Below are positions 37,481 to 47,978 of a stretch of 64,000 nucleotides of DNA, piece after piece. Every line of letters begins with the position of its first letter. Position 1 is the stretch's first letter. The notes under the pieces were generated by a model, which was not told where the DNA came from, did not search any database, and worked only from the letters and a program-made list of their open reading frames with translations. The position numbers were made by a program, and so were the translations under genes. The stretch is from a bacterium (GTDB taxonomy: Bacteria > UBA8248 > JACPRG01 > G963555815). The stretch is taken from positions 3,552,001 to 3,616,000 of the forward strand of contig OZ244653.1 in NCBI GenBank assembly GCA_965218795.1. Direction: 5' to 3'.

Positions 37481-37506
37481 GCGCGGAAAAATCCCGCGCT
37501 TTTTTT
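37481..37506 (+). terminator. Intrinsic terminator in the leader of the DEAD-box helicase
   Basis: GCGCGG-AAAAATC-CCGCGC-T7, 19 nt before ATG 37526. Confidence 0.6.
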
Positions 37507-37525
37507 GGGCGGATTGAACATCATC

Positions 37526-38800
37526 ATGGAGACAGCAGACCTGGTACTCTCTCAAACGGAACCGGTTCAACCCGGGGTTTCTGACCTGGAAGATTCATTT
37601 GAATCGCTGAGCCTTTCCGATCAACTGCTTCGAGCCGTCCGGCACGCGGGCTGGGAAAATCCAACACCGATTCAGAGCGAAGCCATCCCCGCGGCCCTGT
37701 CCGGACGCGACCTGATCGCCTGTGCCCAGACGGGCACCGGCAAAACAGGCGTGTTTGCGCTGACCATCCTGCAAAGAATGAAACCGGGCAAGGGCCCCCG
37801 GGCCTTGATCCTGACCCCCACCCGCGAGCTGGCCGTTCAGGTCTGTGAACATTTCGAGGCCTTGGCGAAATTCAGCAAATGCAAGGTCGTCCGTATTTAT
37901 GGCGGCGTGCGGATTGACCTGCAGGCGAAGCGGTTGTCCGAAGGGGTGGATGTGGTGGTGGCCACGCCGGGGCGCCTGCTCGATCACGTTCGGCGCAAGA
38001 ACGTTCATTTCAAGGGACTTCAGTTCCTTGTCCTGGACGAAGCCGACCGCATGTTGGACATGGGGTTTGCCCCGGACATCCGGAAGATCCTCAAGCTCAT
38101 CCCCCGAAAGCGCCAGTCGATGCTCTACTCGGCGACGATGCCGGTGGGAATCCGCTCCTTGGCGGGCGCCGCGCTTCACGATCCGCTGACGATCGAAGTC
38201 GGACGACGTTCGTCTCCTGCATCCGGCGTGGAGCACTCGGCCTTCGCCATTTCCAAAGTGATGAAGATGGATCTGCTTCTCCACATCCTGGAAAAGCGGG
38301 AGTACGATCGCCTGCTCCTGTTCGCGCGGACCCGGCAGGACGTCAACTCGCTGGGCCAGAAGCTGGCAAGGGAAGGCTTCTCGATGGACTTTATCCACTC
38401 GGATCGCCGCCAACGGGAGCGGGAAAAGGCGTTGTCCGATTTTCGGAAAGGCAAACATCAGATCCTGGTGGCCACCGACGTGGCGGCGCGTGGGCTGGAC
38501 ATCGAAGGCATTCAGTATGTGATCAACTACAACGTCCCTGAAAACCCCGAAGATTACATTCATCGAATCGGCCGGACCGGACGCGCGGAGGCCAGCGGCT
38601 GGGCCATCACGCTCGTGACCCTGGATGAGGAGCGTCAATTGGGAGCCATTGAGCGCCTCATCGGAAAGAAGATCGACCGCCACCGGGAGTCGGATTTCGA
38701 TTATGGCGATTTCGGCTACGTCCTGGATCTGGAAGACAAGCGGTCCGGCTCATCGGCCCCCTCCCTTCGGTCCCGGGGCAGGTCCTTCCGGCGTCGTTGA
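37526..38800 (+). CDS. DEAD-box RNA helicase (RhlE-like)
   Basis: AQTGTGKT, PTRELA, DEAD, SAT, HRIGRTGRA. Confidence 0.95.
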   Translation: METADLVLSQTEPVQPGVSDLEDSFESLSLSDQLLRAVRHAGWENPTPIQSEAIPAALSGRDLIACAQTGTGKTGVFALTILQRMKPGKGPRALILTPTRELAVQVCEHFEALAKFSKCKVVRIYGGVRIDLQAKRLSEGVDVVVATPGRLLDHVRRKNVHFKGLQFLVLDEADRMLDMGFAPDIRKILKLIPRKRQSMLYSATMPVGIRSLAGAALHDPLTIEVGRRSSPASGVEHSAFAISKVMKMDLLLHILEKREYDRLLLFARTRQDVNSLGQKLAREGFSMDFIHSDRRQREREKALSDFRKGKHQILVATDVAARGLDIEGIQYVINYNVPENPEDYIHRIGRTGRAEASGWAITLVTLDEERQLGAIERLIGKKIDRHRESDFDYGDFGYVLDLEDKRSGSSAPSLRSRGRSFRRR

Positions 38801-38989
38801 AGGTTTTTTCGCGTTACAAAACCTGAAAGAATGGATTGTATCCCGACGAAGCGGGCGCGCTCTCCCGGCCCGCTGGAGCCTGTCCCGAGTGCTCCTGTCG
38901 GGGGCGGGAATGACAGGCTCAGCCTTCATGAGCCCCGACACCGCCACCGCGGGCCTCCGGCGGCGGTTTTTTTACGCCTGGCCCAAGCC

Positions 38990-39057
38990 GTCACCCCGGC
39001 AGGCTTCAGGTCGGGGTCCACTATCCTGGACCCCCGATTTAAGCACTCGGGGGTGAC
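38990..39057. repeat. Inverted pair of REP-like palindromes
   Basis: GTCACCCCGG...CGGGGTCCA followed by TGGACCCCCG...CGGGGGTGAC. Confidence 0.65.
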
Positions 39058-39269
39058 GATCTGGGGGCAGGCTTTAGTCGGAGGTTCCCCGGACACCTGT
39101 CCGAGGGAGAGGGCCGGGGGATGGTCGTCGGCCAGGGGATATCCTCGGGCCATCGGTCGGACAGCCGCTCGATCAGGCTCGCCGCCCGGCGCATTAGGAT
39201 GATCTCGCGCTGTGATGGAAGGGAAAGGATGAGCGCGCGGTCACCGAACTTTGCGCGCGGCCTATAAAG

Positions 39270-39303
39270 AAAGGGAGCGGCGAATGGCTCACCGCTCCCT
39301 TTT
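39270..39303. terminator. Bidirectional terminator between helicase and isc operon
   Basis: AAAGGGAGCGG-N11-CCGCTCCCTTTT. Confidence 0.65.
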
Positions 39304-39621
39304 CTCTTGTTTTCATGCCGGGAATTTGGTTGACCCGGCCTACGGGCTACCGCCCGTATTGATCACCGCGTCAACAGACCGCCCATCCGAACATACGCGG
39401 CCGGCGAACGGATGGGCGAGGAAAAGGCAGCTTCAGAACCCTTTTCATTTGCAACAGCCCTTACAGTGTTGAGACCGCTTTTGAGGGGCTCGATCTTCCA
39501 GCCCTCTATACTGTCAATATATGTCTTTTCTGGATTGATGGGAAGACTTTTTTTGGCCGTCTCAACCTGCCGCGCCCCTTGTGGGGATCCTGCGCGGTTC
39601 GCACCGGGCGACGCCGTCGAG

Positions 39622-39837
39622 CTAATCCTCCTGGCTGTCCCGGTATTCCTCCAACCAGGCCATCTGAATGGCTTCGAGGATCCCCTCGTTGGATTCCTTC
39701 GGATTGTCGTCAAAATCCTCCAATTCCGTGACCCACCGGTGAAGGTCGATGAATCGGACAGTGAGGGGATCAGTATCCGGAAACCGCTCGAAGAGCTGGA
39801 TGCCGATTTCTTCGGATTCGTGCCACCCGAATTTCAT
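39622..39837 (-). CDS. iscX: Fe-S assembly protein IscX
   Basis: W.....I...L.E.FPD.DP..VRF.DL..WV..L..F.D.P..SNE.ILEAIQ.AW. Confidence 0.93.
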   Translation of the reverse strand: MKFGWHESEEIGIQLFERFPDTDPLTVRFIDLHRWVTELEDFDDNPKESNEGILEAIQMAWLEEYRDSQED

Positions 39838-39839
39838 AT

Positions 39840-40259
39840 TCAGTGACTGTGGCCTCCGTCATGAGCGTGTTCGGCTTCGTGATGATGATCGTGATCGTGG
39901 TCATGGTCGTCCCCGTGCGAATGCCCCCCGATGATCCCCGGAGCATTCCGGTTGTGCATGGGGACCTCGATGATCAACTCCCCTTCGCCGGGACCCTCAT
40001 CCCCCAGGATGCACTGACAGCTGAGGCGGCTGGTCAGCGTGACGCCTGTCGCCTCGTCCAGCTGATCATCTTCTTCCTCGGTGGCTTCGGCGAAATGCTC
40101 CATGCCCTGCCGGACGATCACGTGGCATGTGCTGCAGGCGCAAAACCCTCCGCAGTTGCTGTCAATGAAGACACCGTTGTTGTTGGCCAGTTCGAGGATG
40201 CGATCCCCCTCTTCGGCCTCCACCGTGACATTATCGGGAACGAACGTGACCTTGTACAT
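39840..40259 (-). CDS. fdx: ISC 2Fe-2S ferredoxin with His-rich tail
   Basis: CGGFCACSTCHV, SRLSCQ; C-terminal GHSHGDDHDHDHDHHH... Confidence 0.92.
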   Translation of the reverse strand: MYKVTFVPDNVTVEAEEGDRILELANNNGVFIDSNCGGFCACSTCHVIVRQGMEHFAEATEEEDDQLDEATGVTLTSRLSCQCILGDEGPGEGELIIEVPMHNRNAPGIIGGHSHGDDHDHDHDHHHEAEHAHDGGHSH

Positions 40260-40307
40260 CTTGAATCTCACCCCCCCTTCGGGTTCGCCGACCGTCGCGC
40301 CGTTGGA

Positions 40308-42176
40308 TCATTCCTTCAAGAATTCTTCCAGGGCGTGATCCTTCACGGCGGCTTTCAGCGTGTGGTCCATCAGCGTCTCGGCGAGGTGCCGGGCGGCTTT
40401 GTCGAGTCGTTCCAGACAGGGTTGAATCGCTTGCCGCTCCTCGCCTTCGACGGCGTCTTCCAAGGCATTGACGGCCTTTTCAATATCTTCCTTCTCTTCC
40501 TCCGCGATGAGTCCGGCTCCCTGAGCGAGCGCCTTCCGGGTGGCGCGAATGACGGTTTCCCCTTCGGTTTTCGCTTCGATGAGCAGTCGGGCGTTCAGGT
40601 CCGATTCTGCGAAATCGAAGGATTCGCGGATCATCCGCTCCACTTCCTCGTCGGTCAGTCCGTATGAGGGCTTCACCTCCACCGACTGAACCTTTCCGGT
40701 TTTCTCGTCTCGGGCGGCGACGTTGAGGATGCCGTTGGCGTCGATCAGAAAATTCACCTCGATTCGCGGAGCCCCCGCCGGCATGGGTTCGATGCCTTTG
40801 AGCTGAAACCGCGCCAGGCTCCGGTTGTCCTCGACCCGTTCACGTTCGCCCTGGACGACGTGAATGTCCACGGAAACCTGCCCGTCGACGTAGGTGGTGA
40901 ATGCCTCGCGGGCGCTGGTCGGGATCGTGCTGTTCCGGGGGATCAGGACGCTCGTCACGCCGCCCATCACCTCGATGCCGAGAGAAAGCGGGGTGACGTC
41001 CAGCAATAAAACCTCCTGGACCACGCCCGCCAGAATCCCGGCCTGGACCGCCGCCCCCCGGGCGACGACCTCCCGCGGATTCAGTTCCGTGTGCGGGGTC
41101 TTTCCGAACAGGTCCTCGACCTTGCGGCGGACCATCGGGATCAGCGTTGTCCCGCCGACGAGTATCACTTCGCCCAATTCCGAGGCGGAAATTCCCGCGT
41201 CCTTCAGCGCCTGCCGGCAGGGGGGCAAGGTCCGATCCACCACGGGCGCCGCAAGGGACTCGAAGGTTTCCAAGGTGAGGGTTTCGCTGAAGGCTCCTCC
41301 ATCGGGAAGGGGCACCTCGACGTCCGCCCGCCCTCCGCCGGAAATCCGAATTTTCGCTCTTTCCACGGCGTCTTTGAGGGATTGCAGGAGGCTCCCGTTC
41401 TCGCTCACCCGGATTCCGGCGGCCTTCTCCACGGCCGGCCGAAAATGATCGATCAGGACGTTGTCGATATCATCCCCGCCCAGGTGGGAATCCCCGTTGG
41501 TGGACAGGACTTCGAAGATCCCCTCATGCAGCTTGAGGATGGAGATGTCGAAGGTCCCGCCGCCGAAATCATAGACGGCGATTAGCCCCTGCTCCTTCTG
41601 ATCGAGGCCGTAGGCCAGCGAGGCCGCGGTGGGTTCGTTGACGATTCGCAGGACTTCCAGACCCGCAATGCGTCCCGCATCCTTGGTCGATTGCCGTTGG
41701 CTGTCGTTGAAATAGGCGGGGACGGTGATCACGGCTTTCTTCACCTCCCGGCCCAGCCGGCTCTCGGCCCGCTCCTTCAGCTTGCGCAGGATCAGCGCGG
41801 ACAGCTCGGGCGGGGTGTATTCCTGATCCCCGACGCGTACCTGGATAACCGAGCCTTCGCCGGAGGAAACCTCGAACGGCAGGTACGGGAGGTCGTCCCG
41901 GATGTCGGCGAAGGATCGGCCCATGAAACGCTTGATGGAGGAGATCGTCCGGTCCGCCCGTTCGATGGAATGCCTGCGCGCCTCATCGCCAACGGTGATC
42001 CCGTCTTCAGCAATACCGATCACCGACGGGAGAACGGCATTGCCTTCCTCATCCGGAATCACTTGCGGCTCGCCTTCATCCATATAGGCGACTACGCTCT
42101 TCGTGGTTCCCAGGTCGATTCCAATGATGGATTCCGGACCGCTGGGGCCGGATCCGCTCAGGCTGACGTAAGGCAA
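40308..42176 (-). CDS. hscA: Fe-S chaperone HscA (Hsp70)
   Basis: [24 protein letters not shown]; isc context. Confidence 0.92.
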   Translation of the reverse strand: MPYVSLSGSGPSGPESIIGIDLGTTKSVVAYMDEGEPQVIPDEEGNAVLPSVIGIAEDGITVGDEARRHSIERADRTISSIKRFMGRSFADIRDDLPYLPFEVSSGEGSVIQVRVGDQEYTPPELSALILRKLKERAESRLGREVKKAVITVPAYFNDSQRQSTKDAGRIAGLEVLRIVNEPTAASLAYGLDQKEQGLIAVYDFGGGTFDISILKLHEGIFEVLSTNGDSHLGGDDIDNVLIDHFRPAVEKAAGIRVSENGSLLQSLKDAVERAKIRISGGGRADVEVPLPDGGAFSETLTLETFESLAAPVVDRTLPPCRQALKDAGISASELGEVILVGGTTLIPMVRRKVEDLFGKTPHTELNPREVVARGAAVQAGILAGVVQEVLLLDVTPLSLGIEVMGGVTSVLIPRNSTIPTSAREAFTTYVDGQVSVDIHVVQGERERVEDNRSLARFQLKGIEPMPAGAPRIEVNFLIDANGILNVAARDEKTGKVQSVEVKPSYGLTDEEVERMIRESFDFAESDLNARLLIEAKTEGETVIRATRKALAQGAGLIAEEEKEDIEKAVNALEDAVEGEERQAIQPCLERLDKAARHLAETLMDHTLKAAVKDHALEEFLKE

Positions 42177-42838
42177 CTCATCGCCTCCGCAATGTCGTTC
42201 ACGGCGTTCTGCACGTATTTTCGCTGGGCGAGGAGCGAACGGAGCTCTTCAACAATCGCGCCCGTACCCTCCCCGGCGTCCCAGCGGGAAAACAGGTCGT
42301 TCAGGCCGTCTCTCAAAGCCGTCTCTTTCTCCTCAAACCGGCTCTTGTCGTTCTCCAGGGGTCCGGCCAGCTTTCTTTGTTCCTCTTCATCCTGTTCCAT
42401 CCTGAAATCCTGAAGCCTTTCATTGAACTCGAAGACCTCCTCCAGCAGTTCCTGGGGCGGCGCGGCGGCAATCTCCTGATCAGAACCCTGGGCCAGCTTG
42501 ACCAGATATTCCGCACGGGTGAACGGCTCCCGGAGCGTCCGGTAGGCCCGGTTCAGGGTGGCCGAAAGCTCCAGACTGAGTTGCTGCTCGTACGGACCGG
42601 CGCCCTGGAAAAAATCGGGATGGTACTTCCGGCTCAGCTCATAGAAGCGACGCTCCAGATCCTCGCCGTCGATGGTCAACCGCCGCGAAAGCCCCAGGAT
42701 GCTGAAAAAATCCGTCTTCGGTCCCGCGGGCTGGATTTTTGAGCAGTGCTCACAAAAGGGACCGGGCTCCGTCTCCCGGCTGCAGTTCCAACAGAGACTC
42801 TTGGTCGATTCTCCGGAAGCCGGGAGCGCTTCGCTCAT
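42158..42838 (-). CDS. hscB: Co-chaperone HscB with N-terminal tetra-Cys domain
   Basis: CWNC...CEHC, HPD J-domain, RAEYL. Confidence 0.92.
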   Translation of the reverse strand: MSEALPASGESTKSLCWNCSRETEPGPFCEHCSKIQPAGPKTDFFSILGLSRRLTIDGEDLERRFYELSRKYHPDFFQGAGPYEQQLSLELSATLNRAYRTLREPFTRAEYLVKLAQGSDQEIAAAPPQELLEEVFEFNERLQDFRMEQDEEEQRKLAGPLENDKSRFEEKETALRDGLNDLFSRWDAGEGTGAIVEELRSLLAQRKYVQNAVNDIAEAMSCLTSA

Positions 42839-43032
42839 TCTTCGAATCCCGTCCTCGTACGTGCGGACGGCACAGGCTTCTCCGTCCTCGCCGATAGCAA
42901 AATCGCCCTTCAAAAATCAAGGGCCTTCCCGGGGGCTTCTGGCGCGCCCCTGTCCGGAAAGGCCCCGGTATTGTTGACATTCGATTGTCGGACTCCGGTC
43001 TGCGGACCGAAAGGACCGCGCCCGAACGGGTC

Positions 43033-43356
43033 TTACGCCGTAAAAGAACTGCCGCAGCCGCAGGTCCGTTTGGCATTCGGATTCTCGAACCGGAATCCGC
43101 CGCCGAGCATGGAGTCCTCGTAGGTCAGCGTTGTGCCTCCGAGGTAGAGAAGGCTTTTCATATCCACGACCACTTTGATGTCGTCGATATCTAAGACCTT
43201 GTCCTTTTCCTTGATCTCGGAATCAAAGCCCAACGTGTAGGACAGACCTGAGCAACCTCCGCCCTGGATGCCGACCCGAAGGGCGTATTCCTCGAGATCC
43301 TGATCTTCCTGGAGTTTTTTCACCTGCTGAATTGCGGCGTCCGTCAGGGTGAGCAT
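43033..43356 (-). CDS. iscA: A-type Fe-S carrier IscA/ErpA
   Basis: GGCSGLSY, NPNA..TCGCGSSF. Confidence 0.92.
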   Translation of the reverse strand: MLTLTDAAIQQVKKLQEDQDLEEYALRVGIQGGGCSGLSYTLGFDSEIKEKDKVLDIDDIKVVVDMKSLLYLGGTTLTYEDSMLGGGFRFENPNAKRTCGCGSSFTA

Positions 43357-43398
43357 CCTTACCCGCCTCCTTATCAATGGCTCCATTCGGCCCCGCCG

Positions 43399-43806
43399 TT
43401 ACGAGACCGCGCTCTGGCTTTCCGTTTCAGACTTCTTTTCCTTGTAATCCTTGACCGCCGCCCGAATGGCGTCCTCCGCCAAAACCGAACAGTGAATCTT
43501 GACCGGAGGGAGACTCAACTCTTCCACGATATGCGTGTTCTTGATCTCCAGGGCCTCGTCCGGGGTCTTTCCCTTCATTATCTCCGTGGCCAGGCTGGAG
43601 CTCGCAATGGCGCTGCCGCAACCGAAGGTCTTGAACTTGGCGTCTTCGATCTGGCCTTCGTCATTGACCTTGATTTGCAGCTTCATGACGTCGCCGCATT
43701 CGGGGGCGCCGGCCAAGCCGGTGCCGACTTCCGGGTCGGACTTGTCCAGGCTTCCCAGGTTTCTGGGATGGTTGAAGTGATCCACAACCTTGTCGCTGTA
43801 AACCAT
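43399..43806 (-). CDS. iscU: Fe-S scaffold IscU
   Basis: PECGD, FGCGSAIASSS, LPPVKIHC. Confidence 0.97.
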   Translation of the reverse strand: MVYSDKVVDHFNHPRNLGSLDKSDPEVGTGLAGAPECGDVMKLQIKVNDEGQIEDAKFKTFGCGSAIASSSLATEIMKGKTPDEALEIKNTHIVEELSLPPVKIHCSVLAEDAIRAAVKDYKEKKSETESQSAVS

Positions 43807-43851
43807 ATCGACGCTCCTCGATCGTCTCGTTGGGTGTGTGGTGGAACGCCT

Positions 43852-45066
43852 CTAGTGTTCGCCCCACTCGATGGCGCTCAGGTCGATCCCCTCTTTCGCC
43901 ATTTCGTACAATGGGCTCATCTCGCGCAGGCGGTCCACAACTTCCACGACCCGCCCAATCGTGTAATCGACTTCCTCTTCGGTGTTGAACCGCCCCAGGC
44001 CGAAACGAAGGGAGGAGTGAGCCAGCTCGTCCCCCCGCCCGATGCCCTTCAGAACGTAGGACGGCTCCAACGTGGCGGACGTGCACGCCGAACCGGAGGA
44101 AACGGCGATCTCATTCAGACCCATCAGCATCGACTCGCCTTCCACGTAGGCGAAGCTCAGATTCAAAGAGTGAGGCAGCCGTTCGGCGGGGTGTCCGTTC
44201 AGGTGGACTTCCTCCATCCGCTCGGTGATCCCGCTGTGCAGCCTGTCCCGGAGGCCGATCAGCCGCCGGCCTTCCTCTTCCATCCCTTCCGCGCAAATTT
44301 CGCAGGCCTTGCCCAAACCGACGATGCCCGACACGTTCAGCGTGCCGGAGCGCATGCCGCGCTCATGGCCGCCGCCGTCGATCATCGGGGCCAGCCGGAC
44401 CCGGGGTTTTTTCCGCCGGACATAGATGGCGCCCACGCCCTTGGGGCCGTAAAATTTGTGGGCGGAGAGGGAGAGCAGGTCGATGTTCATGGCCTGGACG
44501 TCGACGGGAATTTTTCCCACCCCCTGCACGGCATCGGTGTGAAACAGAACGCCGCGCTCCTTGCAGATTTTGCCGATTTCGGCGATGGGGTTGATGGTGC
44601 CGATCTCGTTGTTGGCCAGCATGATCGAGACCAGGATGGTGTCGTCCCGCAGGTGCTCGGCGACTTCGTCCGCCGAGATCCGCCCGTACTCGTCGGGCTC
44701 CAGGTAAGTGACCTCGAAGCCTTCCCGATCGAGCGTCTTGGCGCTGTCGAGGATGGCCTTGTGCTCGATCTTGCAGGTGATGATGTGGCGGCCCTTCTCT
44801 TTGTACATGGCGGCCACGCCCTTGAGGGCGAGGTTGTCGGATTCGGTGGCTCCGCTGGTGAAAATGATCTCTTTGGGGTCGGCGTTGATCAGCGCGGCCA
44901 CTTGGGCCCGGCTCTCATCCACGGCCTCCTCGGCCCGCCATCCAAAGGCGTGGTTGCGGCTGGCCGCGTTACCGAAATCCTTCAAAAAGTAGGGCTCCAT
45001 GGCCTCCAAGATCCGCGGGTCAACCGGGGTGGTGGCATGGTTGTCCATGTAGATGGGCAGTTTCAT
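43852..45066 (-). CDS. iscS: Cysteine desulfurase IscS
   Basis: [32 protein letters not shown]. Confidence 0.97.
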   Translation of the reverse strand: MKLPIYMDNHATTPVDPRILEAMEPYFLKDFGNAASRNHAFGWRAEEAVDESRAQVAALINADPKEIIFTSGATESDNLALKGVAAMYKEKGRHIITCKIEHKAILDSAKTLDREGFEVTYLEPDEYGRISADEVAEHLRDDTILVSIMLANNEIGTINPIAEIGKICKERGVLFHTDAVQGVGKIPVDVQAMNIDLLSLSAHKFYGPKGVGAIYVRRKKPRVRLAPMIDGGGHERGMRSGTLNVSGIVGLGKACEICAEGMEEEGRRLIGLRDRLHSGITERMEEVHLNGHPAERLPHSLNLSFAYVEGESMLMGLNEIAVSSGSACTSATLEPSYVLKGIGRGDELAHSSLRFGLGRFNTEEEVDYTIGRVVEVVDRLREMSPLYEMAKEGIDLSAIEWGEH

Positions 45067-45491
45067 TCCTCGACTCCAACCGGGTTTTGGCTCATCTCCG
45101 CCAGCGAGATGCCGTCCAGCAGTTCGAAAAGCCTTTTTTGCAGTCGCTTGATGGGGTCCCGCATGGTGCACTTGTCCAACGCGGTGCAGGGGTTCGCCGC
45201 ACTCTCGTCGAAGCAACTGGCAATCCTCAACGGACCCTCGAGGGCCAACACGATGTCGGCCACGCTGATTTCGCCCGGGTGGCGGGCCAGTGTGTACCCT
45301 CCGGCCGGACCCGCGTGCGAAACGACCAAACCATCCTTCGCCAGGCATTGCATCGCTTTCGCGAGCAATTCCACGGGAAGATCGTAATGCGTTGCAATTT
45401 CCCGCGCATTGCTCAACTGCTCCTCCTCCAAAGAGGCCAAGTGGCTAAGCGCAAGGATCGCGTAATCGGTCTTTTTCGTCAGACTCAACAT
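45063..45491 (-). CDS. iscR: Rrf2-family regulator IscR
   Basis: G..GGY.LAR, three Cys; first gene of isc operon. Confidence 0.85.
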   Translation of the reverse strand: MLSLTKKTDYAILALSHLASLEEEQLSNAREIATHYDLPVELLAKAMQCLAKDGLVVSHAGPAGGYTLARHPGEISVADIVLALEGPLRIASCFDESAANPCTALDKCTMRDPIKRLQKRLFELLDGISLAEMSQNPVGVEE

Positions 45492-45499
45492 GGAATTCT

Positions 45500-45553
45500 A
45501 TATCCGACTGATATTGTCGGGTATAATGTAGCCCCTTTGAATCCAAGTGTCAA
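45500..45553 (-). promoter_or_regulatory. isc promoter with IscR type-1-like box
   Basis: rc TTGACA(45553-45548)-17-TACATT(45530-45525), then ATACCCGACAATATCAGTCGGATAT (45524-45500). Confidence 0.8.
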
Positions 45554-45584
45554 GGGAATCGCGGCCGGCGCTTCAAAAGACTCC

Positions 45585-46568
45585 TCAACCCCCGATGGCG
45601 CTCATTCCCCGGTCGGGCTGGACGAACTCCATCTGGCCGATCAAGTGGCCGGGTGTTTTCGTCAGGACCACGTTTGCGAGCCACTCCGTGATTGCCTCAT
45701 CGTCCGCGGCATGCCGGAGCAACGTCTTGATATCGTGCTCGGTCGTCGAAAACAGACAGGTGCGGATCATGCCGTCGGCGGTGAGCCGGATCCGGTTGCA
45801 GGTGGCGCAGAACGGCTCGGTGACCGTGGGGATGACCCCCACCTCGCCCTGACCGTCCTTGTACCGGTATTTCGTGGCCGGGTCGTGGGGGTTGTCCCGC
45901 GCGAGCTCCAGCTCCCCCACCTTTTCGAGCCCCTTCAGGATTTCCTCCGCCGGGAGAACCTTCTTCATTTCCCACTTGTGCTGGGCGTCGAGCGGCATGT
46001 ACTCGATGAAACGGACGATATGCCCGGTCTCGCGGGCCCACCGGCCGAAGTCTTCGATTTCGTCGTGGTTGAACCCGTTGATGGCCACGGCGTTGATCTT
46101 GATGGGCTGGAAGCCCGCCTCGACCGCCGCCTGGATGCCGTCCAGCGTCTGCCGGAACATGTCCCGCCGGGTGATCTCCAGGAATTTCTGGGGATTGAGC
46201 GAATCGAGGCTGATGTTGATCCGGCGAAGCCCGACGGCGTAGAGGTCCCTGGCCAGTTTGGGCAGCAAGACCCCGTTGGTGGTCAGCGCCAGGTCCATGT
46301 CCGGGTTGATATCCAGCATCAGGCGGATGAGCTTGTCGAGCTCCTTGCGCAGAAGCGGCTCACCGCCGGTCAGGTGATAGCTGTCAAAGCCGAGAGCGGT
46401 TGTGATCCGAACAACGCGGGCGATCTCTTCAAAGCTCAGGATCTTCTCTTTCGGGAGCCAGACCATTCCCTCTTCCGGCATGCAGTACTGGCAGCGGAAG
46501 TTGCACTGGTCGGTCACCGAGATGCGGAGGTCGTTGTGCTCGCGCCCGTATGTGTCGTAAAGCCCCAT
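45585..46568 (-). CDS. moaA: GTP 3',8-cyclase MoaA
   Basis: LRISVTDQCNFRCQYCMP, FCATCNRIRLTADG..RTCLF, C-terminal IGG. Confidence 0.97.
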   Translation of the reverse strand: MGLYDTYGREHNDLRISVTDQCNFRCQYCMPEEGMVWLPKEKILSFEEIARVVRITTALGFDSYHLTGGEPLLRKELDKLIRLMLDINPDMDLALTTNGVLLPKLARDLYAVGLRRINISLDSLNPQKFLEITRRDMFRQTLDGIQAAVEAGFQPIKINAVAINGFNHDEIEDFGRWARETGHIVRFIEYMPLDAQHKWEMKKVLPAEEILKGLEKVGELELARDNPHDPATKYRYKDGQGEVGVIPTVTEPFCATCNRIRLTADGMIRTCLFSTTEHDIKTLLRHAADDEAITEWLANVVLTKTPGHLIGQMEFVQPDRGMSAIGG

Positions 46569-46664
46569 CTGCCTGAGTCTCGGTTGAGGGTGGCGGCGGA
46601 TCCCAATCAAAAAGGCCGGTGCCCCATGGAGACGCCGGCCCGGCGAACGGAATCCGCTGGCCCG

Positions 46665-46766
46665 CGTTCTCCTTTCCAAGCACGGGAGGCTGGACGGTCA
46701 CCCCTCCAACCCTGTCGGCCCTGGGGTCATGGCCCATCCGCCATGCACCCGCGGGCTCGGAGAACG
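46665..46766 (-). promoter_or_regulatory. Moco/Tuco riboswitch (P3-less)
   Basis: rc CGTTCTCCGAG-P2-CGACAGGG-P4 (GTGA loop)-GCCTCCCGTGCTTGGAAAGGAGAACG upstream of moaA. Confidence 0.88.
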
Positions 46767-46997
46767 GCAATGCTGTCATTCAACGTTCGTCTATTCAATA
46801 TACGCCGGTGTTCCCAGGGGTCAAGGAGGATCGGACGTGAGAAAAACCTCCTCCAGGCGTCCACGGGGAAGCGCGTCCCGGCAAAACGGCGTTTGAGGGG
46901 GGACGGCGACCAAGGCTTTGGAGATGACGCGGCGTCTGAGCGCGACGACCGGTTCGCGTTGATTGCGGGGGGGGGGGGAGGAGGCGGAATTGCCCGA

Positions 46998-47807
46998 CTA
47001 AGCCAGCAGCAACGCCAGCGTTTCGACCCAGCTTTTCAGATTGCGCTCGGCGAGCGCCTTGTCGGTCAGTTCCTTATCGGAGTGCGCGACATAGGTGTTG
47101 CGGAAGTCATTCACCTTCGTGATGTGATCCAGCAGTTTCTGCGCTCCCGGCAAACGGAACGACTCGCGGACGGCGGCGAACACGCCGTCGAGTTCCGTGT
47201 CGTCGTTCAGCGCATAATCAAGGCACGAGCGCAGCAAGCCGAGCACGGAAAGCGGGTTTCCGTACACCAGCCCACGCTTCAGGTTTTTCGCCATGTTCTG
47301 ATAGTGGTTGCGTGACCTCCTGTCCACGTCCTCTAGGTACGGATTGAACCAGTTTTCCTGATCAAGCCGGTTTGTGGGAACCTTATCGCGTAAAAGACTT
47401 AGGATCATCGCCTTGGAGGCCTCATCGAACGGACCCAGTAATGTATTGAAGACGGGAGAGAAGTTCGGAGCGTCTTCCTTGCGCTCGAAAAACCGATGTA
47501 GATGAGACTGATCGCCCCCTTGAACTCCTCAAGCAGCGAGGCCATCACCAGCTTGTTGTCGCCCCAGATCAGCCGATTCCGAAAATCATCCCGGTGGGCC
47601 TTTCCCTCATTGAATATCGAACCCTGCGCCTCGGCGCGCGCGCGGCTCGTCAATCGTCTCGATCTTCTGGAGCGGCATGGCGAGGCCGGCAGTATTGACC
47701 TCGCGGCGGTTGCCGAACTCATCGTATTTCCCCTCCCAGACCAGCTCGGTTTTCATCCGCGAGAGCGGGTGCGGGTTATCGGGGCCGAAGGCTGTGTTGT
47801 CGCTCAT
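46998..47807 (-). pseudogene. Type III-like RM scar: Mod N-terminus joined by deletion to a probable Res C-terminus
   Basis: TELVWEGKYD, NRLIWGDNKLVM..LIYI (breaks where DPP is expected), then FFERKEDAPNF...FRNTYVAH fragment. Confidence 0.7.
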
Positions 47808-47978
47808 TGTGAATGGGTCTCGTTTGTTGGAGGATTCTGACGGCCTGGGTGAGATTTCATGAGGCGCCGTCCTTCAACATAACACGCTCTCCGCAATCCT
47901 TGACACGGCTTTGGCCCCGATTCTAGAATCTCTGTCTTGAAACTCCCCAATGGACCTTTCACCTTTGCAGGAACCGTC

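Noticed and set aside
46967-46978. G12 run as a phase-variation switch
   Set aside because: Intergenic, downstream of a pseudogene and not in an evident promoter; length unreliable.
43492-47315. Long plus-strand ORFs (631 and 742 aa) and similar long antisense ORFs elsewhere (e.g. 11499-13508, 25251-26903)
   Set aside because: Shadow frames opposite well-supported genes in GC-rich DNA; no motifs.
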